Shown: in pieces, positions 39,275 to 49,848 of the stretch
Layout: each line of letters opens with the position of its first letter
Numbering within the stretch: the first letter of the stretch is position 1
From: Gemmatimonadota bacterium
Lineage (GTDB): Bacteria > Gemmatimonadota > Gemmatimonadetes > Palauibacterales > Palauibacteraceae
Direction of reading: 5' to 3'
Assembly (NCBI GenBank): GCA_039588275.1
Contig: JBDHAC010000017.1
Coordinates: 42,246-106,245 of the forward strand
DNA length: 64,000 bases
The notes under the pieces: generated by a model
What the model saw: only the letters and a program-made list of their open reading frames with translations
Databases searched by the model: none
What the model was told of the DNA's origin: nothing
Program-made: the position numbers and the translations under genes

Positions 39275-40443
39275 GAAACGGGCTGCGCCTCTTGCGACTC
39301 CAGACTCGCGAGCGCGCCGCTCGCGACCTCTTCGTAGAACTGCTCGTACTCGGGCACGATGCGGTCCGCGGAATACAGGGAGATCGCGCGTTCACGCGAA
39401 GCGAGCGAGGCGGCCTTCCAGCGGGCCTCATCCCGCAGTAGTGCCACGGCCCCCTCCGCCATCCCATCGATGTCGCCGACGGGGTGGAGCGAGCCCGTCA
39501 CGCCATGCTCCACGACCTCGGGCAGTCCCGAGTCGCTCGAGCCGACGACGGGCACCCCCGACGCCTGGGCCTCAAGCGCCACCAGACCGAACGACTCCTG
39601 TTCACTCGGAAGGACGAAGAGGTCGGCGCACGCGAGAAGCTCCGCCACCGATTCCAGCTTCCCCAGGAACACCACGTAATCGGAGATCCCGAGCTCGTCC
39701 GCCAGATCGGCCGCCCGCGGGCGCTCGGGTCCGTCGCCCACCAGCACCAGCCGGGAGGGTACCGAGCGCCGAACGCGCGCGAACATGCGCAGGAGGTCCC
39801 CAATGCGCTTCACGGGGCGGAAGTTCGAGATGTGCATCAGGATCTTCTCGTCGGGCTCCGCCAGGGCCGCGCGGTGACAATCGTGCACCTCGCGGTGGTA
39901 GAGCGTCGGGTCGATGAAGTTCGGGATCACTCGGATCGCGCAGTCGTCGCAGGCGAAGTCCTCCAGGGTGCGCGCGCGGAGCCACTCGGACACCGCGGTC
40001 AGACCATCTGATCGCTCGATGGAGAACTTCGTGATCGACCAGTAGGAGGGATCCTGTCCCACCAGGGTGATATCGGTCCCGTGGAGCGTGGTCACCACCT
40101 TCACGTCCCTACCCGACCCGCGCAGCATGTCGCGTGCGATCCACGCAGCCGTCGCGTGGGGGACCGCGTAATGCACGTGCAGGATGTCCAACTCCGCCTT
40201 GGTGGCCACCTCGTGCATCGTCACAGCCAGGGCGAGTGAATACGGGGGGTACTCGAACAGTGGATATCGCGCCACCTCCACCTCGTGGAGGAAGACGCCT
40301 TCGATGAAGTGGGTCAGGCGGAACGGCTGCGCGTAGGAAATGAAGTGGATCTCGTGTCCGCGTTGCGCGAGCTCCAGACCCAACTCGGTCGCGACCGCGC
40401 CCGAGCCTCCGTAGGTCGGATAGCAGGTGATGCCGATCTTCAT
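39271..40443 (-). CDS. bshA: N-acetyl-alpha-D-glucosaminyl L-malate synthase (BshA-like GT4)
   Basis: MKIGITCYPTYGGSGAVATELG, HVHYAVPHA, TTLHGTDITLVG, HISNFRPVKR, ESFGLVALEA. Confidence 0.9.
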   Translation of the reverse strand: MKIGITCYPTYGGSGAVATELGLELAQRGHEIHFISYAQPFRLTHFIEGVFLHEVEVARYPLFEYPPYSLALAVTMHEVATKAELDILHVHYAVPHATAAWIARDMLRGSGRDVKVVTTLHGTDITLVGQDPSYWSITKFSIERSDGLTAVSEWLRARTLEDFACDDCAIRVIPNFIDPTLYHREVHDCHRAALAEPDEKILMHISNFRPVKRIGDLLRMFARVRRSVPSRLVLVGDGPERPRAADLADELGISDYVVFLGKLESVAELLACADLFVLPSEQESFGLVALEAQASGVPVVGSSDSGLPEVVEHGVTGSLHPVGDIDGMAEGAVALLRDEARWKAASLASRERAISLYSADRIVPEYEQFYEEVASGALASLESQEAQPVS

Positions 40444-41441
40444 GCCTTCTCCGCGCCCGCTCGGCCCGATCTTCCGCCCGTCGGATGTTTCCCCATGACC
40501 CGCCAGTCTTTTACGATGGCCCCGGCAAGTTGTGCCGTGGGTAGGAGCGCGTCCAGCCTGATCGTGTCGGCAGGCAACCGGTGCCGGAACCAGGTCCGCT
40601 GCCGGCGCGCGTATGACCACGTCGCGGCCACGATCCGGGTCACCGCCTCCTCGTCCGAGATCTCTCCCTCCGTGAGTGCCAGGACGTCACGATATCCTAC
40701 CGCGTCGAAGGCCGGGGCGACGTGGGACCCTCGGGCCTTGAGCTCTCGCACCTCATCGGCCCACCCCTCGCCCAGCTGCGCACGTGCCCGCCGCTCGATG
40801 CGCTCGCGGTGTTCGGCCGCGGCTAACTCCAGGGCGAAGCAGCGCACCGCCAGCGGCTCGTGCTCGGGCTCACCCTTTGAGAACCATTCGCTCAAAGGCC
40901 GGCCGGTCAGGATGGCGAGCTCCAGCGTCCGCATCGCACGTTGACGGTCGACCGACTCCAGGCGTTCGGAGAGTCCCGGGTCCAGCCTTTCGACCCACTC
41001 CCGGAGGTCATCCGTCGGCCGTTTCTCGAGCCAACGGCGCAGGGCCTGGCGGCGGTCGGCATCCATGGGTGGCTCACGAAAGATCGGGCGCAGGAGCGCA
41101 CCCAGGAAGAACCCCGTTCCGCCCGCGAGTATCGGTACCCTCCGACGGGCGCGGATCGAGTCCATCCAGTCGTGCGCCAGGCGGACGAACCGTCCTGCTC
41201 CGTACCTTTCCGCCGGATCCAGGAAACCGACGCCGTGGTGTGTGGCGGCTGCGAGCTCGTCGGCCCGGGGCGAGGCGGTGCCGATCGCGAAGCCCCGGTA
41301 CGCCTGTCGACTGTCGAGCGAGATCACCTCGCCACCCAGCTCGCGGGCAACGGCGATCGCGAGGCCGGTCTTCCCCGTCGCGGTCGGCCCGACGATCGCG
41401 ATCGCGCGCGGACGATCCGCGGACGCCTCGGCGGCAGTCAC
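40440..41441 (-). CDS. miaA: tRNA dimethylallyltransferase
   Basis: GPTATGKT, DSRQ.Y, GGTGF, YARRQRTWF. Confidence 0.96.
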   Translation of the reverse strand: MTAAEASADRPRAIAIVGPTATGKTGLAIAVARELGGEVISLDSRQAYRGFAIGTASPRADELAAATHHGVGFLDPAERYGAGRFVRLAHDWMDSIRARRRVPILAGGTGFFLGALLRPIFREPPMDADRRQALRRWLEKRPTDDLREWVERLDPGLSERLESVDRQRAMRTLELAILTGRPLSEWFSKGEPEHEPLAVRCFALELAAAEHRERIERRARAQLGEGWADEVRELKARGSHVAPAFDAVGYRDVLALTEGEISDEEAVTRIVAATWSYARRQRTWFRHRLPADTIRLDALLPTAQLAGAIVKDWRVMGKHPTGGRSGRAGAEKA

Positions 41442-41448
41442 GGCCGGC

Positions 41449-43257
41449 TCATGCCCGGCGGAAACGCCGGTCCAGCTCGTCGATCGAAAGGCGTATGATC
41501 GTGGGGCGGCCGTGCACGTCGTGACCGGGGAGCTCCGTCGCGAAGAGTCGATCGAAGAGCTCGTTCATCTCGTGCGAGGAGAGCGGCTGACCGGCCTTGA
41601 TCGCGCCCTTGCACGCCATGCTCTTCGCGATTCGTTCGTGCTGGTTGCGCGCGGAATTGACCAGCGGAGAACCTTCGGTCAATTCCTCGATCATCGCCCG
41701 GAGACACAACTCGGCGTCGAAGCGAGGATGCGGTTGGGGGCTGGCGTGCAGGATAAACGTCCGGTCGCCGAACGCCTCGATCTCGAACCCGATCCGACGC
41801 AGCAGGCCGGCAAGCTCGTCGACCGCCGCCGCCTCGGCAGGGGACAGGCGCAGCGTGACGGGGAACAGGAGACGCTGGGCATCACCGCCTTCGGCGAAGC
41901 GATGCATCACTTCCTCGAACAGGACTCGCTCGTGTGCGGAGTGCTGATCGATGATCAGAAGCCCGTCTCGGGTCGACGCCAGGATGTAGCGATTGTGCAG
42001 CTGCCAAAGCTGGAGTCTCGCGGTGTCCGTGCTCCCCAGCGAGTCGAGGGCGTCGTCTTCGGGCCTCGCTTCACGCGCCGCATCGCTCACGGCACTCGCG
42101 CCCGACCCCTCCGCGCTGGAAGGTCGGTCCGGGACGAACAGGGCAAGCTGTGGCATCGTCTGTCGGTGTCCGGCCGCAGCGGGCCGTCCCAGCCGTCGGC
42201 CGACTTCCGGCGACCCGACGGACAGACCTGGTCTGCCCGGATCCAGCGGGCGGGCGCTATCTAGCCGGCCCAGCGCTTCGCGCACGGCCTCCCGCACTGC
42301 CTCTTCCACCACCGCTCGATCGCGAAACCGGACCTCGATCTTCGCGGGGTGCACGTTCACATCCACTCGGTCCGACGGCATATCGAGGAAGAGGAAAAAG
42401 GAGGGGTGCATGCCCTCCTGAACCGTCGTCCGGTAGGCATCGTCGACGAGGCGCGTGAGGCCCGGATCCCGGAACGGCCGGCCGTTGATGAACGAGTACC
42501 GTTTCCCGCCGCGCGGGCGGGCGGCGTCAGGCCGCTGGATGAGCCCGCTCACCCTCAGCCCACCATCAGGGGCGTCCAGCGGGATCAGTGTGTCGGCGAG
42601 GTCGGGCCAGATGGCGGCGACCCGCTCATCGAGCCGGGCCGTCGGCGCCAGGTGGAGCAACTCGCGACCGTTGGACTCCATCCGAAACGCGACGGTCGGG
42701 TGCGCCAGCGCCAGATGGAGCAGCGCCTCGCTGGCGGCCCGGGTCTCCGCTGCCGCGGCACGCAGGAACTTGGCTCGGGCGGGTACGTCGTGGAACAGTG
42801 ACCGTACGGTGACGGTCGTCCCGCGGCGTCGCGGGGACTCGTCCACACCTCGGATGCGGCCCGACTCCACGCGAATCCGCGTCCCTTCCCCCTCGGTGGT
42901 CGATGTATGGAGCTCGAATCGGCTGACGGCGGCTATGGCGGGCAACGCCTCGCCCCGGAACCCGAACGAGGACACCGCGTGCAGATCCTCGGCGACTCGG
43001 ATCTTGCTCGTCGCGTGGCGGTCGAGCGCGAGGACGGCGTCCTGCGGATCCATGCCGTGCCCGTCATCGATGACCCGCACCTCGCTCTTCCCGCCGCTGC
43101 GCAGAACTACGTCGACGCGGGTGGCACCGGCGTCGAGCGCGTTCTCCACGAGCTCCTTGACCGCCGAGGCCGGACGCTCGACGACCTCACCCGCCGCGAT
43201 CTGGTTCGCGACGTGGTCCGGCAGGATCTCGACCCGTCTGCTCTCGTCAGACGCCAT
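41449..43257 (-). CDS. mutL: DNA mismatch repair protein MutL
   Basis: IAAGEVVERP, ELVENALDAG, GFRGEAL, DVNVHPAK, DQHSAHERVLFE, ACK. Confidence 0.97.
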   Translation of the reverse strand: MASDESRRVEILPDHVANQIAAGEVVERPASAVKELVENALDAGATRVDVVLRSGGKSEVRVIDDGHGMDPQDAVLALDRHATSKIRVAEDLHAVSSFGFRGEALPAIAAVSRFELHTSTTEGEGTRIRVESGRIRGVDESPRRRGTTVTVRSLFHDVPARAKFLRAAAAETRAASEALLHLALAHPTVAFRMESNGRELLHLAPTARLDERVAAIWPDLADTLIPLDAPDGGLRVSGLIQRPDAARPRGGKRYSFINGRPFRDPGLTRLVDDAYRTTVQEGMHPSFFLFLDMPSDRVDVNVHPAKIEVRFRDRAVVEEAVREAVREALGRLDSARPLDPGRPGLSVGSPEVGRRLGRPAAAGHRQTMPQLALFVPDRPSSAEGSGASAVSDAAREARPEDDALDSLGSTDTARLQLWQLHNRYILASTRDGLLIIDQHSAHERVLFEEVMHRFAEGGDAQRLLFPVTLRLSPAEAAAVDELAGLLRRIGFEIEAFGDRTFILHASPQPHPRFDAELCLRAMIEELTEGSPLVNSARNQHERIAKSMACKGAIKAGQPLSSHEMNELFDRLFATELPGHDVHGRPTIIRLSIDELDRRFRRA

Positions 43258-44014
43258 AGAATCGTCGTGCGTTCGCCCGCGTCAGGTTCGCGATCTCAAC
43301 GGACTCCCTACCCCGTAGCCGTGCCACCGCCTCGCAGGTGAACGGGAGGAAGGCGGGCTCGTTGCGGCGGCCCCGCTTGGGGACGGGCGCCAGATAGGGG
43401 CTGTCCGTCTCGATCAGCAGACGGTCGTCCGGGACGAGGGTCGCGAGGCGTCCGAGCTCCTCGGCGAAGCTGACGATCCCCGAGAACGAGACGAACCAGT
43501 CGAGGCCGAGCCCTGCGCGCAACAGGGTCTCCTCCGCGGTGAAGCAGTGCAGCACCCCCGTCACCCGTCCGGCGAACTCCGACAACAGCTCGATGGTGTC
43601 TTCGTCGGCCGATCGCGAGTGCACGACGACCGGCAGCCCGATCTCACACGCGGCCTCGAGGTGCACGCGGAAACTGGCCATCTGCGCGTCGCGGGACGCG
43701 TGCTCGTAATGGTAGTCCAACCCGGTCTCCCCCAATGCCACGACCGTCTCGCTCCCGGCGAGCTCCAGGATCTCGCGCACCAGGTCGTCGGAGAACCGGT
43801 CGGCGTCGTGCGGGTGCAATCCCGCCGTCGCCCACACGCCGGGCTCGGACTCGGCCAGACGGATCGCGCGACGCGCGTCTTCGGGATCGGTGGCGATGGT
43901 GACCATCTCGGTCACCCCGGCCGCCCGAGCTCGATCCAGCGCCTCGCTCCGATCCTCGTCGAAGCGCTCGCTGGTGAGGTGCAGGTGTGAATCGAAGAGT
44001 GGCGGGGTCTCCAC
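43247..44014 (-). CDS. tatD: TatD-family DNase
   Basis: DSHLH, GLHPH, GETGLDY, HSR, HCF, ETDSPYL. Confidence 0.93.
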   Translation of the reverse strand: METPPLFDSHLHLTSERFDEDRSEALDRARAAGVTEMVTIATDPEDARRAIRLAESEPGVWATAGLHPHDADRFSDDLVREILELAGSETVVALGETGLDYHYEHASRDAQMASFRVHLEAACEIGLPVVVHSRSADEDTIELLSEFAGRVTGVLHCFTAEETLLRAGLGLDWFVSFSGIVSFAEELGRLATLVPDDRLLIETDSPYLAPVPKRGRRNEPAFLPFTCEAVARLRGRESVEIANLTRANARRFYGV

Positions 44015-44032
44015 GACGGACCGCGCCGGGGG

Positions 44033-44983
44033 CTAACCGGCGGCGTGGGCCGCCCGCGCGGACCGGCGGCGTTCCGCGTCGTGGATCTCCAACAGGGCGG
44101 GAGACGCGACGAAGATGGACGAGTAGGTCCCGATGAACACACCCAGGATCAGGACGAGCGCGAACGGGCGGATCACAGCCCCACCCAGCAGGAAGAGCGA
44201 CCCGAGAGCGACGAGCGTCGTTCCGCTCGTCAACACGGTCCGCGGGAGCGTCTCGTTGATGCTGCGGTTCAGCGTCCGGTCGTAAGGCTCCTTCCTCTTC
44301 TTCCGAATGTTCTCACGTACGCGGTCGAATACGACGATCGTGTCGTTCAGCGAATACCCGACAATCGTGAGGAGCGCTGCGACCGTGGCGAGCGTGATCT
44401 CCAGGTTGAGGAGCGAGATGAATCCGAACGTGATCAGGATGTCGTGCACGGTTGCGATCACCGCCGCGACACCGAACCTCCACTCGAACCGAAAGGCCAG
44501 ATAGATCAAGGTGAGGAGGAACGAGAGCAGGATCGCCCACGTGGCTTTGACCTGGAGCTCGCCTCCGACTCTCGGCCCCACGGCTTCGACCCGCACGATC
44601 TCGTATCCGTCGGCGCCATAGCGCGACTCCAGCGCTCCGCCCAGACGCGCACCCACACCCGTGTCGCCCGCGCCCTCGAACGTCTGTACCCGGAACAGGA
44701 ACTCGGTCCCCTCCTCCGTGCCGCCGATGCCGGCACCGCGCAGCTGCTGGATCTGGCCGCCGCTGAAGCCCACTTCGGTCAGCGCGCCGCGCAGGTCACC
44801 GGTCTCCACCTGTTCGGTGAACCGAATCTGGAGCAGCGTACCCCCCGTGAACTCCACCCCCGCGTTCAGCCCGCGGTGCAGGACGATCGAGATCAGACCG
44901 ATGACGATCAGCGTCGCGGACACGACGTACGCTCGCCTCCGACCGCCGAGAAAGTTGTACTTCGCGTCGTGAAAGAGCCTCAT
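44033..44983 (-). CDS. secF: Protein translocase subunit SecF
   Basis: GVEFTGGT, VGP.VG, HD, GYSLNDTIVVFDRVRE. Confidence 0.97.
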   Translation of the reverse strand: MRLFHDAKYNFLGGRRRAYVVSATLIVIGLISIVLHRGLNAGVEFTGGTLLQIRFTEQVETGDLRGALTEVGFSGGQIQQLRGAGIGGTEEGTEFLFRVQTFEGAGDTGVGARLGGALESRYGADGYEIVRVEAVGPRVGGELQVKATWAILLSFLLTLIYLAFRFEWRFGVAAVIATVHDILITFGFISLLNLEITLATVAALLTIVGYSLNDTIVVFDRVRENIRKKRKEPYDRTLNRSINETLPRTVLTSGTTLVALGSLFLLGGAVIRPFALVLILGVFIGTYSSIFVASPALLEIHDAERRRSARAAHAAG

Positions 44984-45060
44984 GCCGCCTCTATACAGAT
45001 CGCTGGAGGAACCAGCGGTTCGCGTCGTCAGGCAGACCGCAGAACAACTTCAGCGGCCTG

Positions 45061-46776
45061 CTAAATGCTCACCGATTCGCTCGTGCCGCGTCTGTTCAGA
45101 TAGAGCATGAACAGCGTGCGCGTCACGTAGACTGCCGAGAAGAACGAGGCCAGGATCCCGATGCACAGCGTCACGGCGAACCCTCGGACCGGCCCCGTGC
45201 CGAACTGGAACAGGATGATGCCCGTGATCAGCGTCGTCAGATTCGCGTCCACGATCGCCGAGAGCGCGTTCGCGAACCCGGCGTCGACCGCCGTGCGTGG
45301 GGTCTTCCCCGCGTCCAGCTCCTCCCGGATGCGCTCGAAGATGAGGACGTTCGCGTCCACCGCCATCCCGACGGAGAGAATCAGCCCCGCGATCCCCGGG
45401 AGGGTCAGATTAGCGTTCAGCCCGGCCAGCCCGCCCAAGACGAAGACGACGTAGCCGGCCATCGCGGTGACGGCGAGAGCTCCTGCCAGGTGGTAGTACC
45501 CGATCATCAAGATCACGACCGCGATCACGCCGATGGTGAAGGCGGTGCGGCCCTGGCGGATCGAGTCGGCACCCAGCGACGGACCGACGCTGCGCTCCTC
45601 CACGATCCGGATCGGCATCGGAAGCGCACCGGCTCGCAGGACGAGCGCCAGGTCCTGGGCCTCCTGGAACGACGCCCCCGGCGCGAGCTCGATCTGGGCG
45701 CGACGTCCCAGGGTGCTGCGGATCACCGCGTAGCTCTGGACACGCTCGTCGAGCACGATCGCCATGTTGTCGCCCACGTGCCGGCTGGTGCCCCGCTCGA
45801 AGAGGCGAGATCCCCGGCGCGTCGTCTCGAACGGCACGATCGGGCGGTTGAACGTCGGGTCGCGGTTGGCCGGGCCGGCGTCCTGGAGGAACTCACCCGT
45901 CAGGAGCGGCTCGGAATCAAGCGCATACAGGGGCCGGTACGATGTCCCACCGGCGGCGAACTGCTCCACGCCCCAGTGGAGCGAGATCTCGCGCGGCACG
46001 AGAGCCTGTACCGATTCGAGGGCGAGGTAGCGCTCCACGGTTGGCACATCCTGCTCGGCCACGAAGAACTCGCCGGCGATCTGCCCCTGGCTCAGGAGCG
46101 CCGCGAGCGGGCGGAGCTCGGCGCCCGTGACGGGGCTGTCGACCGAGTCGGCTGCCTGAGCGCTATCGGCCGGGACGGCGGCGGCGCCCGCGTCGGCAGA
46201 GTCCGGAACGCTCGCATCGGGAGCCCCGGTCGTGTCGTCCGGCTGCGCCTGCTGCGAGTCGACCGCCGCGGCACCCTCTAGAATCTGCGTGAGGTCGACA
46301 TCCGTAGTGATAGGCGTACGCTGGAGATTCTCCTCCCCTATCTCGTTCACGACTGCCCGATCCATGCGGGGCAGCGCGTCCACGAACGCCGATCCATCCG
46401 TGACGATTTTGAACTCCATGAACGCGGTGCGCTCGACGATCGCCTTCGCCCGATCCCGATCCTGGATCCCGGCCAGCTCAACGATGATCCGATTGCCCGC
46501 CCGCTGAATCGTGGGCTCTCTGACACCGAATTCGTCGATCCGGTTGCGGATCGTCGTCAACGTCCGCTCGAGGGCGTCATCGCCCGCGTCGGCGGCGATC
46601 GTCTCATCCGGATCGTCGATCTCGATGGCGAGGTGCATCCCGCCCTGGAGATCGAGACCTAGATTGAGCGGCGAGATTCGCTCGCCGTCGGGGCCCTCCT
46701 TGGGGAGAAGCGCGAAGCCACAGAGCGCGAGGAGCCCAATGATCACCCCCACGCGCCACTTCAGGGTGCTGAACAT
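45061..46776 (-). CDS. secD: Protein translocase subunit SecD
   Basis: LGLDLQGG, RIDEFGVREP, LRAGALP, GMAVDANVLIFERIREE. Confidence 0.97.
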   Translation of the reverse strand: MFSTLKWRVGVIIGLLALCGFALLPKEGPDGERISPLNLGLDLQGGMHLAIEIDDPDETIAADAGDDALERTLTTIRNRIDEFGVREPTIQRAGNRIIVELAGIQDRDRAKAIVERTAFMEFKIVTDGSAFVDALPRMDRAVVNEIGEENLQRTPITTDVDLTQILEGAAAVDSQQAQPDDTTGAPDASVPDSADAGAAAVPADSAQAADSVDSPVTGAELRPLAALLSQGQIAGEFFVAEQDVPTVERYLALESVQALVPREISLHWGVEQFAAGGTSYRPLYALDSEPLLTGEFLQDAGPANRDPTFNRPIVPFETTRRGSRLFERGTSRHVGDNMAIVLDERVQSYAVIRSTLGRRAQIELAPGASFQEAQDLALVLRAGALPMPIRIVEERSVGPSLGADSIRQGRTAFTIGVIAVVILMIGYYHLAGALAVTAMAGYVVFVLGGLAGLNANLTLPGIAGLILSVGMAVDANVLIFERIREELDAGKTPRTAVDAGFANALSAIVDANLTTLITGIILFQFGTGPVRGFAVTLCIGILASFFSAVYVTRTLFMLYLNRRGTSESVSI

Positions 46777-47019
46777 CTAAGAGCACACCACCGGTTGATT
46801 ACGTTCGTTCGATTCCGTCCTGGCGGTTCGGCCTGCAGATACCCGCCAGAGTGCGAAGTCGTTCACATCAAAGCGCCCAAAGGTACCCTCCGCGCGTTAT
46901 GGGGGAAAGCTGGCCAACGGGGGCTCACCTGTCCACGGACAGCGCCGCCGGTGGGCAGCCCAGCCCATCGGCGAGCGCTCGAGGTCGACGACGTGCGCTC
47001 GAGCCCCCGGGCGATCTGC

Positions 47020-48483
47020 CTACCGCGCGAGGTCGCCGAACACCAACGGCATGAGCGCCATCGCGAAGACAGTGATGAGCAGGGTCATGAGGGCGTTGAG
47101 CCAGGCACCGGCACGCGCCATCTGAGGCACCGTCACCTCGCCGCTGCCGTATACGATAGCGTTCGGCGGGGTCGCGATCGGAAGCATGAACGCGCAGCTG
47201 GCGGCCAGTGCCGCGGGGACGGCGAGAAACCGCGGATCCCACCCGATCTCGATCGCGGCGGCTCCGAGGATGGGCAAGAACGCAGCGGCGGTGGCCGTGT
47301 TGCTCGTGAGCTCCGTGAGCAGGATGACCACACCCGTGACAACGAGCACGAACAGGAACGGCGGCCAATCGGCGAACGTGGCCGCGCCTTGCCCCAGCCA
47401 TGCATTCAGTCCCGTTCGGTCGATCGCGGCCGCCAAGCTGAGCCCTCCCCCGAACAGGATGAGCACGCCCCACGGGAGTCGTTCGGCCCATTCCCAGTCC
47501 AGCACGCGTCCGCGCCCCTTCCCCGCCGGCAGGATGAACAACAGAAGCCCGCACGCGATCGCGATCCCGGGATCCGAGAGACCTGGCAACCAGCGGCTGA
47601 ACAGCGGACGCGTGATCCACAGGATTCCGGCCGCGGCGAAGACGGCGCTCACGAGCTTCTCGGGCCTCCGCATCGGACCCAACGACTCCACTTCGCGTCG
47701 GATCAGATCACCCGCACCACGCAGCTCCACGTGCCGGAGTCGAAACGTGAGCCGGGTGAGGATCAGGTACACGAGCGGGAGCGCGACGACGACGAGCGGG
47801 AGCCCGAGGAGCATCCACTGCCCGAATCCGACCTCGAGACCGTGCGATTCAGACAGATAACCCGCGAGCAAGGCGTTCGGGGGTGTCCCCACCAACGTGG
47901 CTATGCCCCCGATGTTGGCCGCGTACGCGATCCCCAGCATCAGGGCCACGCCGAACACTCCTTCCCGACCGGTCGCCGCCGCCTCCAAATCGGCCGAGGC
48001 GCCGTCGGCCTCCCCCGCCTTGTTGAACTGGATCACCGACAAGCCGATCGGCAGCATGAGGAGCGCCACCGCCGAGTTGCTCACCCACATGCTCAGAAAC
48101 GCCGTGGCCCCCATGAACCCCCCGATCAGCGCGTGCGGACGGGAGCCCACCCGTGAGAGGATGTTGAGCGCGATGCGCCGGTGCAGTCCCCAGCGCTCCA
48201 TGGCGAGCGCAATCAGGAATCCGCCCAGGAACAGGTAGATGATCGGGTTGGCGAACGGCTCCGCCGCCTCCCTGATCGTGCCCGCGCCGACGAGCGGGAA
48301 CAAGACGAGCGGGACGAGGGCGGTGGCGGGAATCGGGATGGCTTCGGTGAGCCACCACACCGCCATCAGCACGCCTACGGCGGCCGTGCGCCACGCGGGT
48401 GCCTCCAGCCCCTCCGGCACGGGCAGGACCAGCATGACCGCGAGCAAGACGGGCCCCGCCAGCAGCCCGATTCGTCTCTTCAT
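47020..48483 (-). CDS. SLC13/DASS sodium:dicarboxylate/sulfate symporter
   Basis: WWLTEAIP, SMWVSN, GTPPN, SNTAT, FMLPIATPPN. Confidence 0.92.
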   Translation of the reverse strand: MKRRIGLLAGPVLLAVMLVLPVPEGLEAPAWRTAAVGVLMAVWWLTEAIPIPATALVPLVLFPLVGAGTIREAAEPFANPIIYLFLGGFLIALAMERWGLHRRIALNILSRVGSRPHALIGGFMGATAFLSMWVSNSAVALLMLPIGLSVIQFNKAGEADGASADLEAAATGREGVFGVALMLGIAYAANIGGIATLVGTPPNALLAGYLSESHGLEVGFGQWMLLGLPLVVVALPLVYLILTRLTFRLRHVELRGAGDLIRREVESLGPMRRPEKLVSAVFAAAGILWITRPLFSRWLPGLSDPGIAIACGLLLFILPAGKGRGRVLDWEWAERLPWGVLILFGGGLSLAAAIDRTGLNAWLGQGAATFADWPPFLFVLVVTGVVILLTELTSNTATAAAFLPILGAAAIEIGWDPRFLAVPAALAASCAFMLPIATPPNAIVYGSGEVTVPQMARAGAWLNALMTLLITVFAMALMPLVFGDLAR

Positions 48484-48664
48484 GGAAGGGAATGGAGCCG
48501 CCGCACGGTGCTTCTCGCAAGCACCCCGGGCGCCGCATCGAAGTCCGATGAGCCACGCGGCCGCCGCGGGCTTCCTTCACCAGCCCGGCAGCGACCGCGT
48601 CGAATCGCTTTCCGCTCTTCTACTCCACGGGGCGCCCGGCCTCGAGCGGGACGAATCCCGGCTC

Positions 48665-49597
48665 TCACATGGCAGGCATCGGCACCGCGTTAGTGAGTCC
48701 CCAATGGAGCTTCCACGACCCGTCATCCATCTCGCGACACAGGACCAGGTACGTCCCCGTCCGGGTCACGCTCTGGCCCTCGACGGTTGCCTCGACCGAC
48801 CAATGACCGCGGTCCACGGCCCAGCCCTCACCGAGCACCAGGGTCTCGGCATCCATGATCGCGAGCTGGGGGGACCCTTCCGCCAGCTCTGCCGCAACCG
48901 CCGCCTCGATCGCCGTACGTCCGCTCGACGCCGGCACCTCGGCAAACATGGCGACGCCGTCCTCGGTCCACAGGTCGGCCACCATCGGCGCGTGGCCCGC
49001 GCTGTAATGCTCGGCGTACGAAGCGATCAGATCCGCGAGCGGCCCACCGCTCACCGCCTCGGTCTCCACGGTCTCCGGCCCCGGCATCGGGATCGGGGGC
49101 GGCGCATCGCCGTTCACGGCCAGCCGGTGCAGCCGCAGGCCGTCTGCGGTCAGGCGAGAGAGGCTCATGTAGTAGCCGCTCAACGTGACGGCCTCACCGC
49201 CCTCCGGAGTAACCTCTTGCGAGTAACTGCCCCGGTCCACCACCCAGTCCCCCACCATCACCTGCTCGGCCGGGTTGATCGTGAGCGTCGGCGAAAGCGC
49301 GGCGATCGACGCTTCCGTGGATGCGATGATCGCCTCGCGGCCCTTGCTCACGGCCGAGTTCGCACCGAGGACGATCGCGTCGTCGGCGTACAGGTCCGCG
49401 ACCATGGTCGCGTGACCGAGGTTGTAATGCTCTTCATAGTTGGCCGCGAGGGTGGCGATCAGCGCACCCGCGTTTGCGTACTCCTGCGTGGTGGCCTCCG
49501 CCGTTTCGGCTGCTCCTTCGGCCGCCTGCTCGGTGTCGGGAGCGCACGCTCCGACCAGGAGACCGAATACGACAGGAATGGCTGAACGAAACTTCAC
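48665..49597 (-). CDS. Lipoprotein with two SnoaL/DUF4440 (NTF2-like) domains
   Basis: Lipobox VGAC; internal duplication YEEHYNLGHATMVADLY / YAEHYSAGHAPMVADLW and WVVDRG / WAVDRG. Confidence 0.8.
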   Translation of the reverse strand: MKFRSAIPVVFGLLVGACAPDTEQAAEGAAETAEATTQEYANAGALIATLAANYEEHYNLGHATMVADLYADDAIVLGANSAVSKGREAIIASTEASIAALSPTLTINPAEQVMVGDWVVDRGSYSQEVTPEGGEAVTLSGYYMSLSRLTADGLRLHRLAVNGDAPPPIPMPGPETVETEAVSGGPLADLIASYAEHYSAGHAPMVADLWTEDGVAMFAEVPASSGRTAIEAAVAAELAEGSPQLAIMDAETLVLGEGWAVDRGHWSVEATVEGQSVTRTGTYLVLCREMDDGSWKLHWGLTNAVPMPAM

Positions 49598-49848
49598 GGT
49601 ACACCTCCTTGTGGGGACACGACGGAACCAGCCAGGGGGGATCCGGATGGGCGAACGCTAGCCGGCTCCGTGGGCGGCGTCAATCTGGCGCGCCCCCGCG
49701 TGCCCGCGTGAGCGAGGGTCGGCCGGCATTTCTGGCACGGCCCACCACCGCCATCTACTTTCCGGCCCGTCCGCGGCAGGTCGCTGAAGGCACCCCGGCC
49801 GGCGCGGTGATGACCGCTGAAAAACTCAACCGGATCTCGAGGAACGGC

